Shown here in pieces: positions 19,080-28,861 of a stretch of DNA of 64,000 nt (positions are counted from its first letter, which is position 1; each line of letters begins with the position of its first letter). Where the stretch lies: contig UPXV01000008.1 of the NCBI GenBank assembly GCA_900538465.1, positions 1,436 to 65,435 on the forward strand, in the 5' to 3' direction. This stretch comes from an uncultured Erysipelotrichaceae bacterium (GTDB taxonomy: Bacteria > Bacillota_I > Bacilli_A > Erysipelotrichales > Coprobacillaceae). A program made the position numbers and the translations under genes. The notes under the pieces are model-generated. The model was given only the letters and a program-made list of their open reading frames with translations, was not told the origin of the DNA and made no database searches.

Positions 19080-19100
19080 GGGATACAGATTGTTTTACTT
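19066..19100. terminator. bidirectional intrinsic terminator (AACAATCTG-N9-CAGATTGTT) between GNAT (+) and membrane protein gene (-)
   Basis: 9-bp perfect stem, A-run upstream, T-run downstream. Confidence 0.6.
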
Positions 19101-19598
19101 TGAAATAATTTTTCTAAGTTCTGTTTTATCAACAAAACGTGTTGAGAAACTGTAATCTTTTTGTGCATAAACAAATGACATTTTGTTGTTATAAGTAAAA
19201 TTGACTTTTTTCAGTTTTCTGTAATCAATCATCATTCTTCCAACCATCATATTCTTTCTTCCTACCATGACTAAGTTGGAAGCAAAGAAAGCAAATACCA
19301 CAGCAACAAATGCAGCAATATTTAAACCATTACGATAGACATTCATACTGTCATTTAAAAGGCCATAAACCATAGCGATAATCCCACCGACAAATCCAAC
19401 AACATAAATAAGTGTTAAAACTGAATAAAATATTTTTCCAGTTGTATTGAAACAAAATCTAAGAGAATGATCTAATTTCTTGCAACGGAAAATTGTAACA
19501 ACAATATTAGCGATTGTATAAGAGAACCACAGAATAATGATTAAAAGTAGAAATGAAAATACAGATAAAATAACTTCTGACATACTGACACTAGACAT
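19095..19598 (-). CDS. hypothetical membrane protein (4 TM + basic C-terminal tail)
   Basis: 167-aa ORF; hydrophobic segments; no motif recognised. Confidence 0.45.
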   Translation of the reverse strand: MSSVSMSEVILSVFSFLLLIIILWFSYTIANIVVTIFRCKKLDHSLRFCFNTTGKIFYSVLTLIYVVGFVGGIIAMVYGLLNDSMNVYRNGLNIAAFVAVVFAFFASNLVMVGRKNMMVGRMMIDYRKLKKVNFTYNNKMSFVYAQKDYSFSTRFVDKTELRKIISK

Positions 19599-19713
19599 AT
19601 ACTAAACTTCCTTTCATATGTCTCTATTATACATAGAATTTGTAACCAACGCAAAGAAAATATGTGAAAACTTGTAGAATTTGTTATATAATACAAATCG
19701 AGGATGTGAAAAT

Positions 19714-20448
19714 ATGAAAGATTTAGTAACTTATGAAAAAAGACAGGTAGAAATATGTGAAGTTGATTATATGGGACAGTACCATATTCATCATCTTTTT
19801 AATCGTTTTGCTGAAATAGCAACTATAAATGCCAAAATGATTGGCTTGTGGAATGAGAAAATGATGGAAAACTATGGATGGGTTGTTGCAAAACAATCTT
19901 TACATTTGGATGAACCTATTTATTATAAAGATGTTATTGAATTATCAACAATTGTTAATAATGGTTCATTTGTTTCCTTTCCAAGATATTATTTTATTAA
20001 AAAGGGTGATCATCAAATTGGTTATTGTTCATCTGTATGGACATTAATTGATATTCATAAACGTCGTATTGTTTCACCTAAAAGAATTGGATTAGATGTT
20101 TTAAAAGTTGATCATGATATTTATTTAGAAGAACCCCAAAATATTGATGTGAATTTAGAAATGAATTATATGACAACAAGAAAGGTTTTGTATAGTGATG
20201 TTGATACTAATCAACATATGAACAATACCAGATATATTCAATGGGCCTTAGATGTTATTGATTATGATATTCATAAAAATTATTTTATGAGTGATATAAC
20301 AATTCAATATAAAAAAGAAATCCGTCCTTTAGAAGATGTAGAAATTTATTTAGGACAACAACAACAACGTTTTGTGATTGAAGGAAAAAATCATGAAGGA
20401 CAAGTTTATTTTGTTATTGAAATTGAATTTCAAAAAAGAAAAATGTAA
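19714..20448 (+). CDS. acyl-[acyl-carrier-protein] thioesterase
   Basis: Two hot-dog repeats typical of FatA/FatB-like bacterial acyl-ACP thioesterases (...YGWVVAKQSLHLDEPIYY...; ...SDVDTNQHMNNTRYIQWALD...); ATG 19714 with GAGGATG SD. Confidence 0.7.
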   Translation: MKDLVTYEKRQVEICEVDYMGQYHIHHLFNRFAEIATINAKMIGLWNEKMMENYGWVVAKQSLHLDEPIYYKDVIELSTIVNNGSFVSFPRYYFIKKGDHQIGYCSSVWTLIDIHKRRIVSPKRIGLDVLKVDHDIYLEEPQNIDVNLEMNYMTTRKVLYSDVDTNQHMNNTRYIQWALDVIDYDIHKNYFMSDITIQYKKEIRPLEDVEIYLGQQQQRFVIEGKNHEGQVYFVIEIEFQKRKM

Positions 20449-20562
20449 TGGTTTTCTTTTCATAATTTGAAAAATATTGTCAAAAAATTATGCTATTATG
20501 TATTCGTCCCAAATATCTATAATAGTATTCGTTTTCCCGTAACAGAATACAGATATGGAAAT

Positions 20563-20590
20563 ACTACCGTATGGTAGTTTTTTCTTTTAT
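20563..20590 (+). terminator. short intrinsic terminator/attenuator hairpin (ACTACC-gtat-GGTAGT + TTTTTTCTTTT) inside the thioesterase-fic intergenic leader
   Basis: 6-bp stem + U-run, preceded by alternative pairing elements GTATTCG (x2) and GAATAC. Confidence 0.4.
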
Positions 20591-20717
20591 GGGGATACTT
20601 AATAGTTAAAAATATATAATCATATAGATATGTATTATAAAAAGAATGAAACATATGAAAAAAATGATTGAATATTTTCATATGTTGTGTTAAAAATATA
20701 GAAAAGGAGATGATTAT

Positions 20718-21923
20718 ATGCAATATGTTTCTTTAAAAAAATATTTTCATATTGATGAAAATAAATGTAATGAGCTTTATAAAAAACGTTTGGAAAGTGA
20801 ATCTTGCAGAAGATTAGCAATTAAGATTAATCATTTAGAATGTTTCTATGTTGTTACTGAGGAAATGTTGAATTTAATGACAGATATCTATTCTATAAAT
20901 ACATGGTTAGAAAAGATCTTAGGTTCAGAAAGCTTACCAAGTATGGCTCAATATTATTTGATTATAAAGTCTTTAATTGAAGAAATTAAAAGTTCAAATA
21001 AGATGGAAGGAATATATAGTACAAGAAAAGAAATTGAAGAAATGATTCATATTGCTCCTCCTAAAAAATATAAGCGTTTTTATGGAATGGTTAATAAATA
21101 TTCTAAGTTAATTAATGAAGAATTTGATGGGATAGAATCTTGTTTAGATATAAGGGAACTTTATAATGAGATTTTATTAGGTGATGTTATTAATGAAAAT
21201 AAAAAAGATGCACCTGATGGAATCATTTTTAGAAAAGAGAGTGTATCAATAGATTCAGGAACAAGAATTATTCATAAAGGAATTGAAGGAGAAAGTCATA
21301 TTATTGAAATGATGGATAAGTCTCTTAAAATCTTAAATGATGAAAGCATTGCTTTATTAATAAGGGTTGCTATTTTTCATTATTTGTTTGAATATATTCA
21401 TCCTTTTTATAATGGTAATGGACGTATGGGAAGATTTCTTGCGAGTGGTTATCTTTCTAAAGAATTTAATATTTTGTGTGCTTTGCAACTTTCTATTGCA
21501 TGTAGTCATGATAGTAAGAAATATTATGATGCCTTTGAACTTACAAATGATGTAAGAAACAAGTCTGATTTAACGGTCTTTATCATTCGTTTTTTAGAGA
21601 TATATCTTTCAGGTTTAAAAGAGTTGAAAGAGAGTATTGAATATACAATGGATATCTATGTGTCTTTAAAAGAAAAAATGAATCATTTTATAGATGATAA
21701 ATATAAAGATTTTATGGAGTTTTTATTGGAAGTGACATTGTTTGGGCCTAATGGGGGAATTTCAATGGCTGAACTTGTTCAAATAACTTCAAAAACACAA
21801 CAGACGTTAAGAAGTCATATAAAAGCAATAAATAAAGATTATCATTTTATTGATGTTGAAAGTTCTCATAAACCCTATATGTATAAAATTGATATTGATG
21901 CCATTTCATCATTAAAAAAATAA
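20718..21923 (+). CDS. Fic family protein (N-terminal inhibitory SxxxEG motif, non-canonical Fic motif HPFYNGNGRMGR)
   Basis: Fic core motif at 21399-21425 (HPFYNGNGR); Fic_N-type motif SSNKMEG at 20991-21011; AAAAGGAGA SD. Confidence 0.8.
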   Translation: MQYVSLKKYFHIDENKCNELYKKRLESESCRRLAIKINHLECFYVVTEEMLNLMTDIYSINTWLEKILGSESLPSMAQYYLIIKSLIEEIKSSNKMEGIYSTRKEIEEMIHIAPPKKYKRFYGMVNKYSKLINEEFDGIESCLDIRELYNEILLGDVINENKKDAPDGIIFRKESVSIDSGTRIIHKGIEGESHIIEMMDKSLKILNDESIALLIRVAIFHYLFEYIHPFYNGNGRMGRFLASGYLSKEFNILCALQLSIACSHDSKKYYDAFELTNDVRNKSDLTVFIIRFLEIYLSGLKELKESIEYTMDIYVSLKEKMNHFIDDKYKDFMEFLLEVTLFGPNGGISMAELVQITSKTQQTLRSHIKAINKDYHFIDVESSHKPYMYKIDIDAISSLKK

Positions 21924-22001
21924 TATCATATTTGTAGTTTGAAAATAACTATATGAGTTTATCCCTTAACAATATTATCAATGAAAAATAGGAGGCTAAA
22001 T

Positions 22002-22589
22002 ATGAAAGAACTACAAATGCCTATAATCTATGATCAACAACAAAGAATAGGATATGGTGGAAATCAAGATTGGTTTGAAGATAATTGGGCACAAATGGCA
22101 GGATGTGCAAGTGTTTTGGCAAGCAATCTTTATGCTTATTACCATCAACAAGCTTGTTATAAGAAACCAGATTTTTTAAAAATCATGGAAGAGATGTTTA
22201 CCTTAATGACACCAGGAAGAATGGGATATCCATTCTTATATAAATTTGCAAGAACTTTTCAAAAGAAAATGGTTGAAGAAAATATTTATTTAAAGCCAAT
22301 CTATCAAAAGAAATCAAAAAATTATAAACAGGCTTTATCTTTTGTATTAAAGAGTATTGATGAAGGAGATCCAGTAGGAATGTTGATTCTTCATCATCGT
22401 GCCAAAGAATTAGAAGATGATAATTGGCATTGGATATGTATTAGTGGTTATAAAAAAAGTGAATCTCATTATTGTATTATTTTTTCGGATTGTGGGAAAC
22501 GCAGAGAAATTGATTCACGTATTTTGTTTGATATGCATCATCAAAATGTCTTTAAAATGGTACGTATGCAAAAAGATCCTACAAAGTAG
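22002..22589 (+). CDS. hypothetical protein with conserved Cys/His (possible papain-like/C39-like peptidase fold)
   Basis: ATG 22002 with AGGAGG SD; motifs WAQMAGCASVLASNLYA and NWHWICISGY; function not established. Confidence 0.4.
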   Translation: MKELQMPIIYDQQQRIGYGGNQDWFEDNWAQMAGCASVLASNLYAYYHQQACYKKPDFLKIMEEMFTLMTPGRMGYPFLYKFARTFQKKMVEENIYLKPIYQKKSKNYKQALSFVLKSIDEGDPVGMLILHHRAKELEDDNWHWICISGYKKSESHYCIIFSDCGKRREIDSRILFDMHHQNVFKMVRMQKDPTK

Positions 22590-23484
22590 GATCAATAGAA
22601 TGAATGATTTGTTTCATTTGATAAGGGGGATGACCAGTTATGGTCATCTTTTCTTGTGTAATGGGATGAACAAATTCTAATTTATAAGCATGTAAAGCTT
22701 GATGATCAATAAGTGAAGAAGGATGATGATAAAGTTTATCACCAAGAATAGGTAGGCCAATAGATGAAAGATGAACACGGATTTGATGTTTTCTTCCTGT
22801 ATCCAATTGACATTTTAAAAGTGAAAGATTCTTTTTGTTGGCAAGACATTGATAATGTGTACATGCGCTTTTTCCATTTTTAGAAATAATCATGCGTTGA
22901 TGATGATGGCGATCACGTCCAATAGGTTTATCAATATGATGGATGTGGTGATCCGTAACTTTTCCTTCAACAATGGCTAAATAGTGTCTTTGAATGGCTT
23001 TTATAGACAATTGATAATCAAGTAAGGGTTGAATAAAAGCACACTTACAAAACATAACCAATCCTGTTGTTTCTAAGTCAAGACGATGAATAAAACGAAC
23101 TGGAAGATCATAACCACATTGATGATAATAACCACTTACCATATTGGAAAGAGAGTGAGTATGTTCTTTTGAATCAGGAAAAACATTGAGAAATGCAGGT
23201 TTATTAACAACCAGTATAAATTCATCTTCATAAACAATATCTATAGGTTGATAGTTGGGTGGATACATACCATCATCTTGTTGGAAAGCTTTTATTGTAA
23301 GCTGATCCCCTTTAATTAAAATTGTGGAAGGAGAAACAAATCTTTTATTGACAGTATAATCTTTGTTTTGTTTAAGTAAGTGAATTGTTTTTTTAGATAA
23401 ATGAAAAGATTGAAAGAGGTCTTCTATTGAAATAGGTGAATTGATTGTTAAAGTTAAATAAGGGTAATGAACTTGATATTTCAT
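22579..23484 (-). CDS. RluA family pseudouridine synthase
   Basis: S4-like N-terminus + catalytic motif HRLDLETTGLVMF. Confidence 0.85.
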   Translation of the reverse strand: MKYQVHYPYLTLTINSPISIEDLFQSFHLSKKTIHLLKQNKDYTVNKRFVSPSTILIKGDQLTIKAFQQDDGMYPPNYQPIDIVYEDEFILVVNKPAFLNVFPDSKEHTHSLSNMVSGYYHQCGYDLPVRFIHRLDLETTGLVMFCKCAFIQPLLDYQLSIKAIQRHYLAIVEGKVTDHHIHHIDKPIGRDRHHHQRMIISKNGKSACTHYQCLANKKNLSLLKCQLDTGRKHQIRVHLSSIGLPILGDKLYHHPSSLIDHQALHAYKLEFVHPITQEKMTITGHPPYQMKQIIHSIDPTL

Positions 23485-24290
23485 GACATTTTATAAATGG
23501 TAATACGAATATCTATAGTGACATCAAATTCACCTAATGTTTCTAAAACATGACGTCTTTCTTTTTTGATATGGTAATAGTGAGGTGTCATTTTAAGAAG
23601 ATTTAAAGTATCTTCACGATTGTTTAAATGAATTGTTTTTTTGAAATCATAACTTTTTTCAACTTCAAAAGGTAAACGTATAAATTGATCGGATTTGACT
23701 TTCACTTCATCATAAATAAGTTCTTTAAATTCAATAAGATGTTTGTTGTTTGCTGTAACATGAATCATATAACCATCTTCTTTTAAACATCTTTTGATTT
23801 CAGATTCTTTTACAACTGTAAATAAAGCTGTGATAACATCTAAAGAATGATCAAGAATAGGAATATTTTTAGAATTACCAACCATCCAATAAATATCTTT
23901 TGTATATTTAGAAGCCATCTGGATACCATCTTTAGAAATATCTAATCCATAAATAATGGAATCATCATTTAATTCTTGTTGTAGACGATATGTATAATAA
24001 CCTTCTCCACAACCCAAATCTAAAATCTGCATTTGAGGATGACGATGTTCTTTAATATAATTGACAACTTCATTTAAAATGACATCATAATATCCCTGAT
24101 TTAAATAATTCTTACGACACATTAAACTGTCTTTGTTGTCACCGGGATGATTTGTTGATTTATCTGGGTTTAATAAAAGATTGACATATTGACTTTTTGC
24201 AATATCATAACAATGATTGTTTTCACATTTGTATGTTTTTCCATCAAGTGTTAATGGTTGATGGCATTTTGGGCAAGCTAGTTTATGCAT
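23481..24290 (-). CDS. rlmA: 23S rRNA (guanine-N1)-methyltransferase RlmA
   Basis: N-terminal Zn ribbon CPKCHQPLTLDGKTYKCENNHCYDIAKSQYVNLL (matches RrmA CPLCHQPL...) + SAM MTase motif ILDLGCGEGYY. Confidence 0.85.
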   Translation of the reverse strand: MHKLACPKCHQPLTLDGKTYKCENNHCYDIAKSQYVNLLLNPDKSTNHPGDNKDSLMCRKNYLNQGYYDVILNEVVNYIKEHRHPQMQILDLGCGEGYYTYRLQQELNDDSIIYGLDISKDGIQMASKYTKDIYWMVGNSKNIPILDHSLDVITALFTVVKESEIKRCLKEDGYMIHVTANNKHLIEFKELIYDEVKVKSDQFIRLPFEVEKSYDFKKTIHLNNREDTLNLLKMTPHYYHIKKERRHVLETLGEFDVTIDIRITIYKMS

Positions 24291-24377
24291 AATTTCACTC
24301 CTTTTGTTGCATTATAACATGTTTACTTTTACTTGGGAATATTGGTATAATAGAAAAAGAAAAAGGAGGAGTGAATA

Positions 24378-24653
24378 ATGGGGTTATTTTCTAAAAAGAA
24401 GAAAGAAACAATTGATTATGATGCTGTTTTTAAAGAACAATACAAATCTATTAATCAATTAATGATGCAAGCTCATGAAGAATTGGATTTTGTGATTAAA
24501 GAATCTTTATTAAAGATGATTGTAGAAAAATATAATGAATTATTAACTTTGATTGATCAAGGAGCTCACTTTGAAAAGGATCATTTTGAAGCATTAAAAC
24601 AAAGTGCTTGTCAAGAATTAGAAACAATTCAAAATATTAATAAGGATATTTAG
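24378..24653 (+). CDS. hypothetical small protein
   Basis: 91-aa ORF, AGGAGG SD; stop overlaps start of downstream Sel1 gene (TAGATG). Confidence 0.4.
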   Translation: MGLFSKKKKETIDYDAVFKEQYKSINQLMMQAHEELDFVIKESLLKMIVEKYNELLTLIDQGAHFEKDHFEALKQSACQELETIQNINKDI

Positions 24654-25745
24654 ATGAATATACGAATTATAGAAGATGTTATAGAGGTCTTTCATCAGTA
24701 TGGTGATACTATAAGATTTGATTATGAACGTTTTGAAGAAGCTTTAAATGATCAGGCTCCTGATTTATTAGATGAATGTTATTTGGTTGTGTTGGGTATG
24801 AAAATTGGCATTTTTGATGCTATGATATTTGATGAGAATATTGATTTTAGGGGTTATGTGGATTATTTGGTAGAAGCTGTAGAGTTGAGTGAAAGAGATG
24901 CTGTTTTTATGGTATCTATTTTTGATATTTTGGTGAAAGAGGTTGGTTATTATTTTGAGATTCCTAATATGGATGAACTTTTAAAGGAATCATATCAAAG
25001 AAATGATTTTGATCATTTAATGGTTATTGCAAAAACTTATTTTATGGGTTTTGGTGTTTTACAAGATTATGAGAAGGCTTTTCAAATTTATTCTTATTTG
25101 TTTTCACAAGGGGATGAAAGAGGAGCCTATTATCTAGGATATATGTATGAACATGGATATGGGATTGAAAAAGACATTGAAAAGGCGATAATGTATTATC
25201 AGAGTCATCAAGATGATTTGACTGATTTTCGTCTGGGTGTTTTTTATATGTTAGGACAATATGTTGAAAAAGATGAAGAAAAGGCTTTAGAGTACCTGAC
25301 TTTAAGTCATGAAGCTGAGTCTTACTTGTATCAAGGAATGTTGTTAGAAAAAAGAAGAGAATATGCTGATGCTTTTCAAGCTTATTATCAAGGGGCAAAA
25401 CTTTTTCAAAGGGAATGTATGTATAAAGCAGCATTGTTTTTAAAACTTGGCTTTGGAGTTGATTTGGATTTAAATGAAGCTTATCGTTATTTTGAATATG
25501 GGTATTTCTTATTGCATGGAGAAAGTGCTTATGAATTGTCTATGATGTATTTTGATGGTTTGGTAGTTGACAAAGATGTTCAAAAAGCTTTAACATATTT
25601 ACATCAAGCGGCTTCGCTATATAGTCAAGAAGCTTGTTTGGCGTTGGCACAGTTTTATGATTTAGGAAGATATGTTCAAAAGAATCATCAAAAAGCTATA
25701 CAATATTATCAAAAAGCAAATGAGATTCAAGATGCAAAAGGATAA
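24654..25745 (+). CDS. Sel1-repeat (TPR-like) protein with N-terminal domain of unknown function
   Basis: C-terminal tandem Sel1 repeats (AYYLGYMYEHGYGIEKDIEKAIMYYQ..., ...AQFYDLGRYVQKNHQKAIQYYQKA). Confidence 0.7.
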   Translation: MNIRIIEDVIEVFHQYGDTIRFDYERFEEALNDQAPDLLDECYLVVLGMKIGIFDAMIFDENIDFRGYVDYLVEAVELSERDAVFMVSIFDILVKEVGYYFEIPNMDELLKESYQRNDFDHLMVIAKTYFMGFGVLQDYEKAFQIYSYLFSQGDERGAYYLGYMYEHGYGIEKDIEKAIMYYQSHQDDLTDFRLGVFYMLGQYVEKDEEKALEYLTLSHEAESYLYQGMLLEKRREYADAFQAYYQGAKLFQRECMYKAALFLKLGFGVDLDLNEAYRYFEYGYFLLHGESAYELSMMYFDGLVVDKDVQKALTYLHQAASLYSQEACLALAQFYDLGRYVQKNHQKAIQYYQKANEIQDAKG

Positions 25746-25756
25746 AGGAGGTTATT

Positions 25757-26497
25757 ATGAAAGTTTATAAAAAGGGAGATGAAACATCTTATACTTTAGG
25801 TGTATTTCCTACAATTGAATTGTTAAAAACAAGACCTCAAGATGCGGTAAGAGTTGTTGTTCATTCTTCGATTGAACAAAATAAAGGATATCCTTTTATT
25901 TTAGAACTTTGCCAAAAACATCATATTCATATTGATGTCCATGATAAAACGATAGATAAACTGAGTCCTAAAAGTAATTGTTATGCAATTGGTGTTTTTA
26001 AGACTTATTCTTGTGATTTACAAGAAGGCAATCATGTTGTTTTGGTGAATCCTATGGATATGGGAAATATGGGAACAATCATGCGAACGATGTTAGGTTT
26101 TGATTATAAGAATTTGGTTATTGTGAAACCGGCTGTTGATGTTTTTGATCCCAAAGTTATTAGAGCATCTATGGGAGCTATTTTTCATTTAAATGTTCAA
26201 TATTATCAAGATTTTGAAACTTATTATAAAGAATATCAACATCATGAATTTTATCCTTTGATGTTAAAGGGAGCTCAAAATATTCATCATGTTGAAAGTT
26301 CTTCACTTCATTCATTGATTTTTGGTAATGAAAGTAGTGGTTTAGATGATTCTTATTTGGAATATGGACAAAGTGTTTTTATTCCTCATAGTGATCAGAT
26401 AGATTCATTGAATTTATCAATGGCATTAGGATTGACGTTATTTCATTTTTCAAAAGGAAAATTTGAGGGAAAAGAGGTATTAAGAGAAAATGTATAA
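25757..26497 (+). CDS. TrmH/SpoU family RNA 2'-O-methyltransferase
   Basis: SpoU motifs NPMDMGNMGTIMRT, FGNESSGL, SLNLSMALG. Confidence 0.8.
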   Translation: MKVYKKGDETSYTLGVFPTIELLKTRPQDAVRVVVHSSIEQNKGYPFILELCQKHHIHIDVHDKTIDKLSPKSNCYAIGVFKTYSCDLQEGNHVVLVNPMDMGNMGTIMRTMLGFDYKNLVIVKPAVDVFDPKVIRASMGAIFHLNVQYYQDFETYYKEYQHHEFYPLMLKGAQNIHHVESSSLHSLIFGNESSGLDDSYLEYGQSVFIPHSDQIDSLNLSMALGLTLFHFSKGKFEGKEVLRENV

Positions 26498-27656
26498 TTT
26501 TGATAAGGTGATTGAAAGAAGACACACAAATAGTGTGAAGTATGATGGGGAAAAGATGAAAGATTCTTTAATGATACCAATGTGGGTAGCTGATATGGAT
26601 TTTGAAACTTTACCAGAAGTGAAAGAAGCATTGTTAAAACGTGCTGAACATGGAATTTTTGGATATGCAGGTGTAAGTGACAATTATTGTCAAGCAGTTA
26701 TCAATTGGATGGAAACAAGACATCATTTTCATATTCAAAAAGAATGGATAGTCCCTACACCAGGTGTTGTGACTGCATTGAAATTAGCTGTTCGTGCTTT
26801 GACGAAACCAGAAGATCATATTATGATTATGAAGCCTGTTTATTATCCGTTTGATATTTCTATTAATGTTAATGGAAGACAAGTTGTAGAATGTCCACTT
26901 GTTTTAGAGAATAATCAATATACTTGTGATTTTCATTTGTTTGAAAAAAACATTGTTGAAAATGATGTGAAGATGTTTATTTTATGTAATCCACATAATC
27001 CTATTGGAAAAGTTTGGACAAAGGATGAATTGTATCAAATGGGTATGATTTGTAAAAAACATCATGTATATGTTATTAGTGATGAAATTCATATGGATTT
27101 TGTTTATCAAGGTCATGTTCATGTTCCATTTTATAATGTGGATGAATCTTTTAAAGATTTTACAATTAATTGTACAGCACCATCTAAAACATTTAATTTG
27201 GCTGCTTTACAAACATCAAATATTATCATTGCTGATGAAAAGATGAGAGAAGCTTTTATCAAGGAAAAAGATGCCTCTGGTGTGAATAATCCAAATATTT
27301 TTGGACTAGATGCATGTGAAGCAGCTTATACTTATGGAGCAAAATGGGTTGATGAGTTGATTGAATATTTATCTGGGAATATTGATTATATGATTCAATT
27401 CTTTAAAGAAAGATTACCAGAAATTAAAGTTATTCAACCAGAAGGATTATACTTAGTATGGGTAGATATGCGTTCTTTAAATATGAGTCATGAAGAATTA
27501 GAGGCGTTTATGTTAAATCAAGCTCATTTGTGGTTAGATGAAGGTTATATTTTTGGAACTGGTGGAGAAGGCTTTGAAAGATTCAATGTTGCTTGTCCAC
27601 GTGAGATTTTGAAAAATGCTTTAGAGCAATTAGAAAAAGCAATTCGTGCTAGATAA
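26490..27656 (+). CDS. patB: MalY/PatB family C-S lyase (PLP-dependent aminotransferase class I/II)
   Basis: PatB-like pattern ...MWVADMDFETLPEVKEAL..., LCNPHNPIGKVWTKDEL, PLP-Lys region. Confidence 0.8.
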   Translation: MYNFDKVIERRHTNSVKYDGEKMKDSLMIPMWVADMDFETLPEVKEALLKRAEHGIFGYAGVSDNYCQAVINWMETRHHFHIQKEWIVPTPGVVTALKLAVRALTKPEDHIMIMKPVYYPFDISINVNGRQVVECPLVLENNQYTCDFHLFEKNIVENDVKMFILCNPHNPIGKVWTKDELYQMGMICKKHHVYVISDEIHMDFVYQGHVHVPFYNVDESFKDFTINCTAPSKTFNLAALQTSNIIIADEKMREAFIKEKDASGVNNPNIFGLDACEAAYTYGAKWVDELIEYLSGNIDYMIQFFKERLPEIKVIQPEGLYLVWVDMRSLNMSHEELEAFMLNQAHLWLDEGYIFGTGGEGFERFNVACPREILKNALEQLEKAIRAR

Positions 27657-27765
27657 ATTTTCATTGTAAGGGTTTTATTATTTAAAAAATATGAATATCT
27701 ATGGAAATTTGACCAAAATAAGTGTATGATAGAAGTGTAAAAAATTTGAAAAGGAGATTATACAT

Positions 27766-28632
27766 ATGGGATTAGTTTCAGCTAAAGAAATGCTTGATAA
27801 AGCAAAAGCAGGTCACTATGCTGTTGGTCAATTTAATATCAACAACTTAGAATGGACTAAATCAATTTTATTAACTGCAGAAGAATTAAAAGCACCAGTT
27901 ATCTTAGGAGTTTCTGAAGGAGCTGCTAAATACATGACTGGATTTAAAACAGTTTCAGCTATGGTAAGTGCAATGGTTGATTCATTAGGAATCACTGTAC
28001 CAGTTGCTTTACACTTAGATCATGGTAGTTATGAAGGAGCTAAAGCTGCTTTAGAAGCTGGTTTCTCTTCAATCATGTTTGATGGTTCTCATTATGGAAT
28101 CGAAGAAAACATTGAAAAAACAAAAGAAATCGTTGCATTATGCCATGCTAAAGGTGTATCAGTTGAAGCAGAAGTTGGTTCAATTGGTGGAGAAGAAGAT
28201 GGTGTTGTAGGAGCTGGTGAAGTTGCAGATCCTAAAGAATGTAAAATGATTGCTGATTTAGGAATTGATTTCTTAGCAGCAGGTATTGGAAATATTCATG
28301 GTAAATATCCAGCTAACTGGAAAGGTTTAGATTTTGATGCATTAGATGCTATTCAAAAAGAAACAGGAACTATGCCTTTAGTATTACATGGTGGTACTGG
28401 TATTCCAGCTGATATGATTAAAAAAGCTATCACTTTAGGAGTTTCTAAAATCAACGTCAATACTGAATGTCAATTATATTTCCAAGAAGCTACACGTAAA
28501 TATATTGAAGCAGGTAAAGATTTAGAAGGTAAAGGATTTGACCCTCGTAAATTATTAGCTCCTGGAGCTGCTGCAATTCAAGAATGTGTTAAAGAAAAAA
28601 TGGAATTATTTGGTTGCATTGGTAAAGCTTAA
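27766..28632 (+). CDS. fba: fructose-bisphosphate aldolase, class II
   Basis: Full-length class-II FBA (VALHLDHGS, HGGTGIP motifs), highly expressed-type codon usage. Confidence 0.9.
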   Translation: MGLVSAKEMLDKAKAGHYAVGQFNINNLEWTKSILLTAEELKAPVILGVSEGAAKYMTGFKTVSAMVSAMVDSLGITVPVALHLDHGSYEGAKAALEAGFSSIMFDGSHYGIEENIEKTKEIVALCHAKGVSVEAEVGSIGGEEDGVVGAGEVADPKECKMIADLGIDFLAAGIGNIHGKYPANWKGLDFDALDAIQKETGTMPLVLHGGTGIPADMIKKAITLGVSKINVNTECQLYFQEATRKYIEAGKDLEGKGFDPRKLLAPGAAAIQECVKEKMELFGCIGKA

Positions 28633-28642
28633 TAATTTTGAA

Positions 28643-28680
28643 AGAATTAACTTGTTATTCAGGTTGATTCTTTTTTTTTA
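28643..28680 (+). terminator. intrinsic terminator after fba
   Basis: AGAATTAACTTG-ttatt-CAGGTTGATTCT imperfect stem + T9. Confidence 0.6.
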
Positions 28681-28784
28681 CAAAAATAAAAATCTAATGA
28701 GTCAACTGATATTAAATTAATATTTCGTTTCTTAAACAAAAGCAAAATATAATCATAAATTATCTTTGATAGTTTTAAAAAAGA

Positions 28785-28845
28785 AAGGGACTATAACGAA
28801 TTAACCTTTTAAAAAAGTTATTTCGTTATAGCCTCCTTTCTTGAA
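28785..28845 (-). terminator. intrinsic terminator for minus-strand HTH gene (GGCTATAACGAAAT...AATTCGTTATAGTCC + T-run on minus strand)
   Basis: 12-14-bp stem, 16-nt loop, followed on minus strand by CTTTCTTTTTT. Confidence 0.5.
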
Positions 28846-28861
28846 GGATATATTATAGATT

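Noticed and set aside
20517-20820. Two minus-strand ORFs (68 and 61 aa) in the thioesterase-fic intergenic region
   Set aside because: Lie in an AT-rich structured leader; low-complexity F/Y/I/N-rich translations; no SD; region better explained as cis-regulatory RNA
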